This document shows, one piece after another, positions 63,710-64,000 of a DNA stretch of 64,000 nucleotides. Position numbers and translations under genes: made by a program. The stretch covers positions 416,001-480,000 of the forward strand of contig CAVTCS010000003.1 in the NCBI GenBank assembly GCA_963733295.1, written 5' to 3'. The stretch's first letter is position 1; each line of letters begins with the position of its first letter. The stretch comes from Vulcanimicrobiota bacterium (GTDB taxonomy: Bacteria > Vulcanimicrobiota > Vulcanimicrobiia > Vulcanimicrobiales > Vulcanimicrobiaceae). The notes beneath the pieces were generated by a model, which made no database searches, was not told the origin of the DNA, and worked only from the letters and a program-made list of their open reading frames with translations.

Positions 63710-64000
63710 CTACGAGCGAATCAGCGCAAGCGCTTCGTCGCGGTGCCGCTCCATCGATTCCTTCGTATCGCCTTCGACGTTGAGTCGAAGGAGCGGCTCC
63801 GTGTTCGAGGGCCGCACGTTCATCCACCAATCGGAATACGAGATCGTCAGTCCGTCGAGGTGATCGATCTTCGCGTCCTTATAGCGTTCCTGGATCTCGC
63901 CGAGTTTCGCGGGGATGTCGCGCACGCGACTGTTGACCTCGCCCGAGCGAAAGCGCGTATCGATGGGCGCGACTACGGCACTGACCGGCGCGTGCGCTTC
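63710..64000 (-). CDS. Phosphomannomutase/phosphoglucomutase, C-terminal part (5' end outside the window)
   Basis: RSGEVN, IDHLDG, WMNVRPSNTEPLLRLNVEG. Confidence 0.9.
   Translation of the reverse strand, partial: EAHAPVSAVVAPIDTRFRSGEVNSRVRDIPAKLGEIQERYKDAKIDHLDGLTISYSDWWMNVRPSNTEPLLRLNVEGDTKESMERHRDEALALIRS

Overview
GC-rich (roughly two-thirds G+C by eye), densely coding bacterial chromosomal segment with about 52 protein genes. I saw no rRNA, tRNA, CRISPR array, integrase or transposase. Gene content and the CGATCG/TCGA-rich style suggest a soil bacterium such as Ca. Eremiobacterota; this is inference only. Main blocks: (1) 1-7.7 kb: flavoprotein disulfide reductase, ABC-2 exporter, GMC oxidase, MFS and a SapM-like phosphatase. 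(2) 7.7-13.6 kb: two polysaccharide deacetylases flanking two tandem phosphodiester-glycosidase (NAGPA-domain) paralogues, with a ~165-bp MITE-like hairpin element in the divergent promoter region. (3) A 73-aa K/R/A histone-H1-like protein divergent from an alpha/beta-hydrolase that lacks its catalytic Ser and His. (4) 17.7-29.5 kb: acyl-CoA catabolism genes plus isocitrate lyase. (5) A secreted Gly-rich beta-repeat protein with a phage-tail-like C-terminus, ATP-dependent ligase, cysK, M16 peptidase, asparaginase II and an orphan RND pump. (6) Two Liv-type ABC importers flanking metH; metH and the next two genes carry ~20 small indels that are most likely sequencing or assembly errors. (7) A minus-strand pgm/pmm - double-GTPase dynamin-like protein - nagA - 845-aa secreted protein operon. 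The best candidates for undescribed biology are the dynamin operon, the NAGPA/deacetylase cluster, the tail-fibre-like secreted protein and the histone-like/pseudo-hydrolase locus. All family assignments come from motif recognition by eye, not database searches.
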